Assembly: GCA_963749665.1 (NCBI GenBank)
Contig: CAVVNO010000005.1
Location: 1,447,789 to 1,511,788, forward strand
Origin: an uncultured Acidobacteriaceae bacterium
GTDB lineage: Bacteria; Acidobacteriota; Terriglobia; Terriglobales; Acidobacteriaceae
DNA length: 64,000 nt
Direction: 5' to 3'
Positions 18,495-27,861 of this stretch are shown in pieces. Within the stretch, counting starts at the first letter, position 1. Each line of letters opens with the position of its first letter. The translations under genes and the position numbers were made by a program. The notes below the pieces were generated by a model that worked only from the letters and a program-made list of their open reading frames with translations, was not told the origin of the DNA and did no database searches.

Positions 18495-19139
18495 ATGACG
18501 AAACGTTCTCGCATTCTCATTGCCGACGACCACAACCTTATGGCCGAGCTGTGCAGGCAACTTCTCGAAACGGAGTTCGATGTGGTCGGAATCGTCAGCG
18601 ACGGCCGCGCCATGGTGCGATCTGCTGCAGAATTGAAACCGGACGTTATCATCCTCGACATCGCCATGCCGATCCTCAATGGCCTGGAAGCGGGACGTCA
18701 GGTTAGGGAGCTAATGCCTGCGATCAAGTTGATTTATCTGACCATGAATCCCGACATCGAGTTGGCCGCAGAGGCCTTCGAACGCGGAGCGCGCGGCTAC
18801 CTTCTTAAGACATGTGCTGTTACTGAGATGGTGTGGGCAGTTCGTGTGGTATTGCAGGGTAAAACGTATCTCTCCAAAGCTCTATCACGCGACACACTCG
18901 ATCGCTTGCGCTGGGAACACAAGAAACTGGTCAATGAAGAGGAGCGCCTGACGAAGCGCCAGCGTGAAGTGCTGCAGCTGCTTGCCGAAGGAAAGGGAAT
19001 GAAGGAAGTTGGCTACATTCTGCAGATGACCTCCAGGACAGTGGCGTATCACAAGTACCGCATGATGGAAGTGCTCGGAGCAAAAAGCAACGCCGAGCTC
19101 GTCAAGTTTGCCGTCAGGAATCACATGGTCGCCGCTTAG
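18495..19139 (+). CDS. Response regulator, NarL/FixJ (LuxR HTH) family; paralog of the preceding gene
   Basis: REC (ILIADDH, VIILDIAMP, GARGYLLK) plus HTH (LTKRQREVLQLLAEGKGMKEVGYILQMTSRTVAYHKYRMMEVLG). Confidence 0.85.
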   Translation: MTKRSRILIADDHNLMAELCRQLLETEFDVVGIVSDGRAMVRSAAELKPDVIILDIAMPILNGLEAGRQVRELMPAIKLIYLTMNPDIELAAEAFERGARGYLLKTCAVTEMVWAVRVVLQGKTYLSKALSRDTLDRLRWEHKKLVNEEERLTKRQREVLQLLAEGKGMKEVGYILQMTSRTVAYHKYRMMEVLGAKSNAELVKFAVRNHMVAA

Positions 19140-19407
19140 ACGCCGTCAGGCGTAATCCGCAAATCTTCACTTACAAAGTGCCTCTGGAGAACTGCTTCGA
19201 GTGCAGTACATTCTCGATCTGGTCGATCTGGTCAACGGCGCAAAAGCAGTCATCAACAGGCGTCAAATCTGACAGTACACGATCCTCATAGATCCAAATA
19301 AGCTTTCGAACTAACATAGGTTGGTTTGCGGGCGCGAATTTCCCAGCGAACACGGCGGCCCCAAGTTCGCTGTCCGGGTGTACGGCCAACCGCGGAAAGG
19401 CGAATCC

Positions 19408-19839
19408 GTGCCGGGTACAACCGTGATCCTTGTCGACGACAATTCTGCCTTCCTTGATCATGTGCGCAGGATGCTGCAGAAGGAGACGGACTGCGAGGTC
19501 CTGGCAAGTATCTCAGACGGGGCCATTGTTGTCCGCGAATATCTTCGACTCAAGCCCGATGTCATCTTGCTCGATATTTGCATAAGCGAATTCAACGGGA
19601 TTGATATCGCCTGCCAACTGCGAGATTCAGGTTGTAAGGCCAAGATCGTTTTTCTTACTGTCCACGAAGATCCTGATTACGTGAACGCGGCCTTAGGTGC
19701 TGGAGGATCAGCCTATGTTGTGAAATCACGATTAAGCCTTGATCTGTTCTCCGCCATCAAGGCAGTGCTTTCCAGCAAGCTCTTCGTCTCACCAACGTTG
19801 TCAGATGCATTGGGCGATAACGGAAGCCGCCTGTTGTAA
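19408..19839 (+). CDS. Stand-alone receiver (REC) domain protein lacking the LuxR HTH; start uncertain
   Basis: VILVDDN, VILLDICISEFNG, KIVFLTVHED, GGSAYVVK, and it ends in the linker (LFVSPTLSDALGDNGSRLL*). GTG 19408 follows GAAAGG. The ORF track starts the ORF at 19321. Confidence 0.65.
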   Translation: MPGTTVILVDDNSAFLDHVRRMLQKETDCEVLASISDGAIVVREYLRLKPDVILLDICISEFNGIDIACQLRDSGCKAKIVFLTVHEDPDYVNAALGAGGSAYVVKSRLSLDLFSAIKAVLSSKLFVSPTLSDALGDNGSRLL

Positions 19840-19966
19840 GCGGACAGCAACATCAATGTCCTCATGCGTGAAGAAAACGGCAGCAGAATGGTCGGAATTT
19901 TGAGCCTGTTTCCTGTATTCACAACTGAAGCAGACGCCGTGACTGCCTGTGGGGCGACGTGACGCT

Positions 19967-22900
19967 TTATTGAGAACGCTCTGCGACAAGACGCACGTCA
20001 CCGAGCAGTCCCGACTCGGGCAGTGTTTGCGGCCTGCCGAATGCGCCGCCTCCTGGTGCTGCGCGGCCGCCTGCCGGTGCGAGGATACGCTTGTCCGCAG
20101 GCAGGAGACGATCACCGATCTGCCTGTTCGTCCATTCGTTCGTGACTTTGATCTCCAATTTGTTCGTGCCCGGCTTGAGGGCGGCGGTGACGTCGACCCG
20201 GTAGGGTGGCGCCCATGTGAGGCCCGCGGGAACGCCATTGATATGGACTTCCGCGATGTCGCGCACCTTGCCGAGATCGAGATAGATGTGCCGACCGGGA
20301 TGGAACCATATCGCCGGTGCCTGCAATGTTTTGGTGTAGGTCGCGGTGCCGGAGAAGTACTTAATGCCGGCGTCGGAGCTGTCGGTCCAGGAGGTTAGCT
20401 TCGCCATGTTGCAGGCTGGGTGGTGCGCCGAGGTTCTCGGGGAAATGTACCTCCCAGGGGCCTGACACGGTTGCGAGGGGCTTCTCCTCTGCAGTGGGTT
20501 CGATACGCGACGGCGCGGCCGCAACGTGCCGGAAGATTACGAATACGGATTCGCGCTCGGCGAGATCGAGCGGTACGGTGGTAAATCCGTTTTGCGTGGC
20601 GTAGCTAGCGGGTTCTGTTTTTCCGTCCATCGGCCGCCACACCTGAACGTCTTTGCCGCTGACGCGGAAGCGGGCATCGAAGTGCTGCGGCGAGTCCACC
20701 TGATTGGCGATGTAGTAGAGGTCGGCATCGTCAGTGCGGCGATGAACCCATACTGGCGCGGGATCGAGAGAGTTGCTCGCAGCAAAGTCCGCGGGGTCTT
20801 TGAGGCGTTGCAGGATGTCGTCGAGCGGCAGCCCCCAGTAGGTCATTCCCTTTCCGAAGGCGTGCTGGGTGTCGGTGACGCCGTCGGTGTCTCCCCATAG
20901 ATCGGCGGCGAGGGTTTGAACTTCGGTGTCGGCGTCGGGATAGTGCAATAGGCTCGGCGAGTGTCTCGGCCGAGGACCGACGATGGTTGCGCCGGCGGAG
21001 ACGAGTTCGTGCAGCTTGCGCAAAACTTCGGGGGTCATCTGCGTGGTGGGCGGAAGGACGAGGACGCGGTAGCTCATGCCGTCGGCCAGAGTGATGCGGC
21101 CATCGGGGGCGACGCTCGTGCGATGAAGGAGGACGTCGGTGTTGATGTAGTCGTAGTCGTAACCCTTTGGCGGAGCGGGCAGGAGACCTGCGCCCCAGAA
21201 GGGCATCGTCGACGGCGCGCCCTCCGGCAGCAGATAGGCGAGGTCCGCTACGGGACTTCCCTGCTGCAACAAGTAGGAGACGCGGGCGACGTAGGTCATG
21301 AAGGGCTTCGCCTGTTCCGCCCAGGTGATGTTGCGATTGAGATGCGTGCCCACCATGGTGTTGCCGGGCTTGGTGTCGAGCGGCTGTTGGGCGGATGTGT
21401 GAAAGACGAGGCGGTTAACTCCCTGCGCGAACCAGTAGTCGGCGACTTTTTTCAAGGTGTACGGCGACTCGTATCCGCCGCCTGTGAACGACTCCGTCGC
21501 CACGATCGGCTTGCCGTACGCGTGAGCCGCAGAGGCTGCTCCGCGAACATCGACGTAGTACATCGACTCAGGATGCAGCGCGTGGACCCAGAACTCCGCC
21601 ATGGGAATATCAACCTTGCTCTTGTTCAGCAACGTGTCTTCGGGAATCTCGAGCGCAACTCCGGAGGCCTCAGCGTAGGCGCGCATGCCTTTCTGCTTCA
21701 GCTCGCTGTCCATCGTGCCGTAGAAGTCATCCGCGAACATGTCAGCAAGCGTTCGGCGAAAGTCCCACAGAAAACGGTCGCTGACATCCGAGTTTTCGAC
21801 CACGCGTCCGGCGAGCACAGGGAGATAGGGAGTCGGGTCGTAGCCGCGGCGGCGATGAAATTCGGCGACCATCTCGTCGGTCCAGTTCTGCATGCCGGCT
21901 TCCCAGCTATCCATCGTCATGTACTGGAGCGTCGATCCTGTTAGTTCGCCGAGATGCTGCTGGATCGGATCCATGTAGCCGTGGAAGTACGATTGAACGT
22001 ACTTCGCGCTGAGCTTGTCCACTTCGTAGCCCAGACCAGCCGCTGTTGCAGGACGGTTTTTCGCGCCAGTCAGGGAGTAGCCCATGCGCAGAATCGTCCA
22101 GTTCCCTGTCGGAACGTCCCAGTGCAGCGTGCCGTCCTTGTCCATCTTCGACGGTGAGGTCGACGATGTCGTTGCGCGATATCTCCGCGGCACCTGGCGC
22201 AGCGGGCGTCGGCACAACGTCGTACACATCCATCAGGCTGCCGAAAGCTCCCTTGTCTTCCCAACGGTTAACGCGGGCGCTCGAGTACAGAATCGCTTCA
22301 GTCAACGTGTATTGCGGCGCCGGAATCGTCGGGCCACCGTGGATGACCGCGGCAGGCAGCAGGCCCGCGCCATCCAGCTCCACACGAAAGAACTTCGCCG
22401 TCACGGCAGGAAACGCGTACGTGCGCACAGCGGCGCCGTGATATCCCTGCGGTCCCGGCATCACTACTATCGTGCGGAAGTTCGTGCCATCCTCGCTTGC
22501 CAGAATTCTGCCCACCGGAATTCGATTGTGGCTTCCGATCGTCATCGCCCGCGCGGTGTACGGCGCGGCAAATTCGTATTGAAGCCATGCAGGGCTTCCG
22601 TCCGCCGGAGCCTTGATGTCGATCGAGGTATTCAGGCTGTCATCGAACAGTGCAGCCCCGTCGATCGGCCCCGCGTTCGTTGTCACCTTAGGATGAAGCG
22701 ATGCCATCGGCACCTCGTCAGCCGGAGTGCGGTAGGCAATGACGGCGCTGTCGGCGTAGAACTGCGGTGGATTGGCGGTATGTGGTCCTACTAAGAGATC
22801 GCGCACCGGACCTTCGTTCGAAGGCGGCTGCGGCAGCTTGTTCGCGAAGGTGAGCGGCCCGGTCAAGCTTGTCTCGCTCCACACGAGTTTCTCCATCGCC

Positions 22901-23313
22901 TGTTCCGGCGGCACCCATGGGCCGCCTGCCTCGCTCCAACCGGGAGAGCTGAAGATGGACATCTCCAGGCCAAGCCGCTTCGCCTCCTCGGCCGAGTGGC
23001 GTACCGCGTGGTACCACTCCGGCGTGCCGAAGTTGATCTTCTTCTCTACCTCCTGCCCGTTGCCCGCTGCTACATCCACCAGCTGAAATCCCGCGATGCC
23101 GGATCGCTTCATCCACTCGAGGTCTTTTGTAATGCCGTCTTCGGTGACGTTGCCGTTGGTCCAGTGCCACCAGGTGCGCGGCTTCGCCGAGTCGGGAGGA
23201 TTCTGAAAGCCCGCTTCCAGCGTATCGCCGGAACTCTGCGCAAAGACGAACCCCACTGCCGAAAACAGTCCCACCGCAGCCATCGACAGCACCGTTGCCC
23301 TGCGCCTGTGCAT
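19967..23313 (-). pseudogene. Secreted glycoside hydrolase of the GH106-like (alpha-L-rhamnosidase-type) family, broken into three frames
   Basis: Three same-strand overlapping ORFs (21907..23469, 20361..22229, 19967..20524) together read as one ~1115-aa protein. It has a signal peptide (MHRRRATVLSMAAVGLFSAVGFVFAQ), the N-terminal FQNPPDSAKPRTWWHWTNGNVTEDGITKDLEWMKRSGIAGFQLVD signature, and a C-terminal sugar-binding-type module (KYFSGTATYTKTL...LDLGKVRDIAEVHINGV...KPGTNKLEIKVTNEW). The frame junctions are near 22145..22165 and 20405..20430. Confidence 0.6.
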
Positions 23314-23336
23314 CGTTTTTCTCCCGTTGTCTGCGG

Positions 23337-24656
23337 TTACTGCTCCGGATGCAAATGCATCTTGAGGAACTCGACGTAGATGTCCCAGTCCGACGGGACC
23401 ATGCCGTGGGGTCCATCGTGCATGTAGTAGCCGATGTCGTGCAGGATCGGCTGCTTCGCCGCAGGCCACACGTCGGTGTCGAGTCCATCCTTGCCAAGCA
23501 GCTTATAGACCGGCCCCGCCGCGACTGCAGCAAGAAATTCGCCCTTCGGATCGGACCAGTAATCCGTGCTACCGGTCTGCAGTAGCACCGGCCGGGGAGC
23601 GATCAGCGCCACCAGCATATGAGCATCCATGGGAGCTTTGTCTGGGAACCCGGCCCACTTCGCGTAGTTCTCCGCAAACTGGTAGGGATACCGCGTGGGC
23701 GCCGTGAGATGCGCGATCGTCTCGCCGTAGTCGCGGCTGCTTAGCGCGGCGCCGCCTTCTCCCGAGCAGCTCGCAATGACTGCGGCAAAGCGTTGGTCGT
23801 GCGCGCCCGCCCACATCACCATCTTTCCCAGCCGCGAGACGCCGTGGATCGCGACTCGTTTCGCGTCGATGCTTTTGTCGGTTTCGAAGTAGTCTTCGAC
23901 GCGGCTCATACCCCAGGCCCATGCCGCGATCGCTCCCCAGTCGTCAGGCGCGCGTTGTGTCCGCCCCGGCTTGAGGTAGCGGGCACGTATGCCGTTCGAA
24001 AATCCATTCAGATAATCCGGGTCGACATCCCCGTAGTAGAAAGTTGCAACGCCGATCCCCGCATCCAACAGCGGCTCGACATTCAGCCGCCCGAAGCCGC
24101 GGCCCTTCGGTGCTGGAATTTTCGTGTTTGTCTTCGGGTCCCACACCTCGCCCGGCGCAACTCCGGGATCGTCCACTGCGTTCGACACCGCGCCGAAGTT
24201 AATGCTGAAAAACATCGGCACCGGTTTCTTCGCCGCAGCCGGCAGATAGATCAGCAGGTTGATCTTTGGCCAGCTTTTGTCTTTGGAGAAATAGATCGTC
24301 ACCTGCTTGCGGATCGCCTTGCCATCCAGCGCCGGCGTTCCTTTGTCGACGACCTCGAAGCTCTCATCCGCCGGCCGTCCCGGCGCGCGCCCGTACTGCT
24401 CGGTCTCGAACATCTCCACAATCTCGGGCCGCCGCTTGGCATACCAGGTCTTCGCATCGCGCACCGGCTTGCCGTTGTTCAGCTTCAGCGGATCGGGAAG
24501 CGTATACGTCCCTACCTTCGCCTCGTCGTAGTTCACCGGAATACCTGCTACGACAGTGGGTGTGGGCCTTGCTGCGGGTGTCGGCGGCGCCTGTGCCTGC
24601 AAGGCAATCGCCGAGAAAACAAGCAGGTAAATGGAGGATGCATTCTTGAAGGACAT
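23337..24656 (-). CDS. Glucuronoyl esterase (carbohydrate esterase family 15-like), secreted
   Basis: Signal peptide MSFKNASSIYLLVFSAIALQAQA. Nucleophile-region motif HGVSRLGKMVMWAGAHDQRFAAVIASCSGEGGAAL, a variant of the CE15 G-C-S-R-x-G-K motif. It lies 23 nt upstream of the GH106-like gene. Confidence 0.6.
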   Translation of the reverse strand: MSFKNASSIYLLVFSAIALQAQAPPTPAARPTPTVVAGIPVNYDEAKVGTYTLPDPLKLNNGKPVRDAKTWYAKRRPEIVEMFETEQYGRAPGRPADESFEVVDKGTPALDGKAIRKQVTIYFSKDKSWPKINLLIYLPAAAKKPVPMFFSINFGAVSNAVDDPGVAPGEVWDPKTNTKIPAPKGRGFGRLNVEPLLDAGIGVATFYYGDVDPDYLNGFSNGIRARYLKPGRTQRAPDDWGAIAAWAWGMSRVEDYFETDKSIDAKRVAIHGVSRLGKMVMWAGAHDQRFAAVIASCSGEGGAALSSRDYGETIAHLTAPTRYPYQFAENYAKWAGFPDKAPMDAHMLVALIAPRPVLLQTGSTDYWSDPKGEFLAAVAAGPVYKLLGKDGLDTDVWPAAKQPILHDIGYYMHDGPHGMVPSDWDIYVEFLKMHLHPEQ

Positions 24657-24860
24657 GCTGGGTTTTCTCGCTGTTCAGAGATTTGGAATTTGTTTCAAGA
24701 GAGAAACAAACCGCATGCAAACCGTAGTTCGAGGCTCATGTGCTTGTCAAGCCATCCTCTTTGTCTCAGGCGCGCGCGGCACAGGCAGTTGAGGAGATGG
24801 TTCAGCAACTCTGGGGTTCTCTCCTCGCCATCCCGCATAATGAATAACCAGGGAGCACTC

Positions 24861-25502
24861 ATGGGGTTATTCCGCAAAAAGCTGAAACAGGAACACAAGA
24901 TCATGCTGCAGCACGACCGCAGCGCCGGAACGCTCCAGCCGGAGTCGCATCGCGCCACGCCGGAGTGCCCGAGGCCCGAGCAGTGGAGCATGATCGACTC
25001 CATGACGGCAGAGGTCGAAGTGCTCGAGTTTATCGCCACGCTCGTCACCACGATCAAACCTCGGCTCGTCGTCGAGACCGGCTCCTTTCTGGGCGTCTCC
25101 ACTGAGTGGATCGCGAAGGGGCTCGAGCGCAACGGCTTCGGCAAGATCATCAGTTGCGAGTTCGACCCCGTCGTCTTCGCGCGTGCCAAAGAGCGACTCG
25201 CAGCCTCGCCCCTCAGCCGGTTCATCGAGCTGCGCAACCAGTCCAGCCTCGAGATGAAAGTCGAAGGCACCATCGACCTTTTCTTCTCCGACTCCGACAT
25301 GCCCGTTCGCGAGCAGGAGGTCAAACGCTTTCTCCCGCAGATCAATCCCAACGGCATCATTCTGATGCACGACGCCAGTTCGCACCATAAAGTCGTTCGC
25401 GACGCTGCGCGCTCAATGGAGGCCGAGGGTCTTCTGTCGGTCGTCTTCCTGCCTACTCCACGCGGCCTGGCGGTCGCCCAACCTCGCGCAGGCCGCAGTT
25501 AG
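24861..25502 (+). CDS. Class I SAM-dependent methyltransferase (O-methyltransferase family 3-like)
   Basis: Real start at ATG 24861 after GGGAG. LVVETGSFLGVSTEWIAKGL, IISCEFDP, IDLFFSDSD, NGIILMHD. The upstream part of the 569-aa track ORF is antisense to the CE15 gene. Confidence 0.6.
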   Translation: MGLFRKKLKQEHKIMLQHDRSAGTLQPESHRATPECPRPEQWSMIDSMTAEVEVLEFIATLVTTIKPRLVVETGSFLGVSTEWIAKGLERNGFGKIISCEFDPVVFARAKERLAASPLSRFIELRNQSSLEMKVEGTIDLFFSDSDMPVREQEVKRFLPQINPNGIILMHDASSHHKVVRDAARSMEAEGLLSVVFLPTPRGLAVAQPRAGRS

Positions 25503-26849
25503 TTGCAGGATCAGCGCATGCCGAGCTCTGTGACAACGAAGAACAACTCTCGCTTTCGCGCACCGTGGTCCATCTTCTGGGCGGGATTTCTCCTCCGCGT
25601 GCTCTACATCACGCTTGCCCATACCTATCGGATCCGTCTTGGGGAAGATCACCTTCAGTTCGGCTGGGAGATGGGCCGCATCGCCCGCGCGCTGGTCACC
25701 GGCTTTGGTTATGCAGACCCCTTTACCGGACACTCTGGACCCACTGCCTGGGTGCCGCCGCTCTATCCGCTCCTGCTTGCGGGTGTCTTCAAGTTCTTCG
25801 GCATCTACACCGCGAAGTCTGCCTGGGTCATCCTCACCATCAACAGCATCTTCTCCGCTGCGACGGCGCCTCTCATCTATGAGATCGCTGCGCGGTGCTT
25901 CCAACCCACAGGCCGAGCCGGCAAGATCGCTCTCTGGTCGGCGTGGCTCTGGGCTCTCTATCCCGCTGCGCTGCAATACGCCGTGCACTGGGTGTGGGAT
26001 ATGGCCCTCACAGCCTTCCTCTTCTCCGCGGTGATTGTTCTGGCGCTGCGTGTTCGCGGCATCGGCGATGACGTCCCGGAGCCGAATCCCCAAACCACTC
26101 TCCGCTGGTCGCTCTTCGGATTGTTCTGGGGCATGATCGCCCTGTTGAACTCAACGATCCTGCTCTTCCTTCCTGTCTGCGGCGTCTGGATGCTGCTTGG
26201 AGCAGCAAAGAAAAAAGCCCTCGGTCCCGCGATCGGAAAAGCTGTCATCGCAGCAGTCATCTTTCTTGCGTGCCTCGCACCGTGGATGATTCGCAACTGG
26301 AACGTCTTCCATGCCTTCATCCCAATCCGCGGCAACCTCGGCGCTGAGCTGCACGACTCCGTCCTCGAGTCCTTGAACGGCTTCACTGTCGGGACTCGAG
26401 TCCCTGTGTGTGATGTTTGTCCCGACTACCTCGAATACAAGCAGATGGGCGAATACGCATTCGTCCAGCGCGAAGGCAAGCTCGCCCGCGCCTACATCCG
26501 CACTCACAAAGTCCGTTTTTTCCAGCTCGCGCTCAAGCGTTTTTATTTTTACTGGGTCAGTGTGCCGAAGCCCGCCGAAAAGGGAGTGCTGAACGAAGCC
26601 TTCCGCGTTCTGAACTACAGCTTTATCAGCCTCGCCGGTCTTCTCGGCCTCGCGCTGGCGCTGAAGCAGCGCATTCCGGGAGCGATCCTCTTCGCGTGGG
26701 CTTTCGGCCTGCTTCCTCTCACCTACTACTTCGTCACGGTGCAGGCACGCTTTCGCCATCCGCTCGAACCCCTGATGACGATTCTCGGAGTCTTTCTCTT
26801 TCAATCCGCCACGCGGTCAAAACCTCAACCCGTCAAACCAGTCGACTAG
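25503..26849 (+). CDS. GT39/ArnT-like integral membrane glycosyltransferase (start TTG 25503 or ATG 25518)
   Basis: 448-aa ORF with about 10 TM helices and the N-terminal pattern WAGFLLRVLYITLAHTYRIRLGEDHLQFGWEMGRIARALVTGFGYADPF seen in PMT_2/ArnT-like enzymes. Confidence 0.5.
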   Translation: MQDQRMPSSVTTKNNSRFRAPWSIFWAGFLLRVLYITLAHTYRIRLGEDHLQFGWEMGRIARALVTGFGYADPFTGHSGPTAWVPPLYPLLLAGVFKFFGIYTAKSAWVILTINSIFSAATAPLIYEIAARCFQPTGRAGKIALWSAWLWALYPAALQYAVHWVWDMALTAFLFSAVIVLALRVRGIGDDVPEPNPQTTLRWSLFGLFWGMIALLNSTILLFLPVCGVWMLLGAAKKKALGPAIGKAVIAAVIFLACLAPWMIRNWNVFHAFIPIRGNLGAELHDSVLESLNGFTVGTRVPVCDVCPDYLEYKQMGEYAFVQREGKLARAYIRTHKVRFFQLALKRFYFYWVSVPKPAEKGVLNEAFRVLNYSFISLAGLLGLALALKQRIPGAILFAWAFGLLPLTYYFVTVQARFRHPLEPLMTILGVFLFQSATRSKPQPVKPVD

Positions 26850-26851
26850 AT

Positions 26852-27649
26852 CTAGCGGCCGGCGCGTCCGATCTGCCAGGCCTTCGCATACTTCCAACTG
26901 ATATACGCCGAGTGGTAGAGGTGCAGCAACAGCCCTTCGCGGCCATCGAGGAATCCAAGGCGAAAAATATAGTTCCAGACAAATGTCAGCTTCGGGACAA
27001 GAGCCACATTCCAGACAAATGCAGGCCAGGAGCGACTGATCTTTCCCTTCTCCGCAGCGATTCGCCCGCCTAGCGCACTGTAGCGATTCATGTGTTCGAG
27101 ATAGATATCCAGGTTGGGATAGCCGTGGTGAAGAAAATCCTTCTTCATCGTTTCCACTCTGCCGGCGACCGTAACCGATTCATGCACCGGCCGATCCGTG
27201 AAGTGCGCAGGACCGGTGCTGGTCACGCGACGAAACAGCCTCAGCTTCAGGTCGGGGTAGTAGCCGCCGTAGCGCATCCACCGTCCGAGAAAGACGTGGC
27301 GCAGGCGAAGGCGGTAACCGTCAACCTGCGGCGTGATCTGCGCATCCGCTTCTAGCATGGCGCGAATCTCCGCCTGCAGCTCGTCCGTCAGCTCTTCATC
27401 TGCGTCGAGAGACAAAACCCAGGTACCGACACATTTGTCGATTGCGGAGTTTTTCTGCAGCGCGAATCCCTTCCACGTCTCGGAGAAGACTTTCGCCCCG
27501 AACGAACTCGCGATCTCCACCGTGCGATCGGTCGAACCGGAGTCGACCACGATGATCTCGTCGGCGAACCGGACGCTGGCGAGTGTGCGCGGAAGATTAT
27601 CTGCTTCGTTGAGAGTGATGATGGCTACAGAGAGTGTCGATCGCGGCAT
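26852..27649 (-). CDS. Family 2 glycosyltransferase
   Basis: LSVAIITLNEADNLPRTLASVRFADEIIVVDSGSTDRT and WVLSLDADEE (DxD-type) motifs. Confidence 0.8.
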   Translation of the reverse strand: MPRSTLSVAIITLNEADNLPRTLASVRFADEIIVVDSGSTDRTVEIASSFGAKVFSETWKGFALQKNSAIDKCVGTWVLSLDADEELTDELQAEIRAMLEADAQITPQVDGYRLRLRHVFLGRWMRYGGYYPDLKLRLFRRVTSTGPAHFTDRPVHESVTVAGRVETMKKDFLHHGYPNLDIYLEHMNRYSALGGRIAAEKGKISRSWPAFVWNVALVPKLTFVWNYIFRLGFLDGREGLLLHLYHSAYISWKYAKAWQIGRAGR

Positions 27650-27861
27650 GCCCTGCCTATTCTATTTGTCTCTTGCACCGGCAGCCTTCAAAAAAGAGCC
27701 TCCGGGCGCCCAAAGAACCAACCCTTACTGTTGAGTTTGCTACCACATAGGTTGTATTGGCCCGCACTTTTGCCAACTCTACAGTGAGGTATGGCGAGGT
27801 ATCCGTCAGGCCCGCTTGCCTGCTGATGCCACATTGCCCTGCTGAGCGGTAAGAGGCACAC

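Noticed and set aside
23793-24860. N-terminal 355 aa of the 569-aa ORF 23793..25502
   Set aside because: It is antisense to the CE15 esterase gene and is nonsense-like. Only the part from ATG 24861, which has an RBS and methyltransferase motifs, is credible.
26841-26861. GTCGAC-TAGATCTAG-CGGCCG: a perfect CTAGATCTAG palindrome containing both convergent stop codons, flanked by SalI/BglII/EagI-type sites, so it looks like a cloning polylinker
   Set aside because: GTCGAC and CGGCCG are common in high-GC DNA. Both flanking genes end naturally in these stops, and nothing else here looks like vector sequence. It is most likely coincidence. It is notable only because the two genes leave no room for a terminator.
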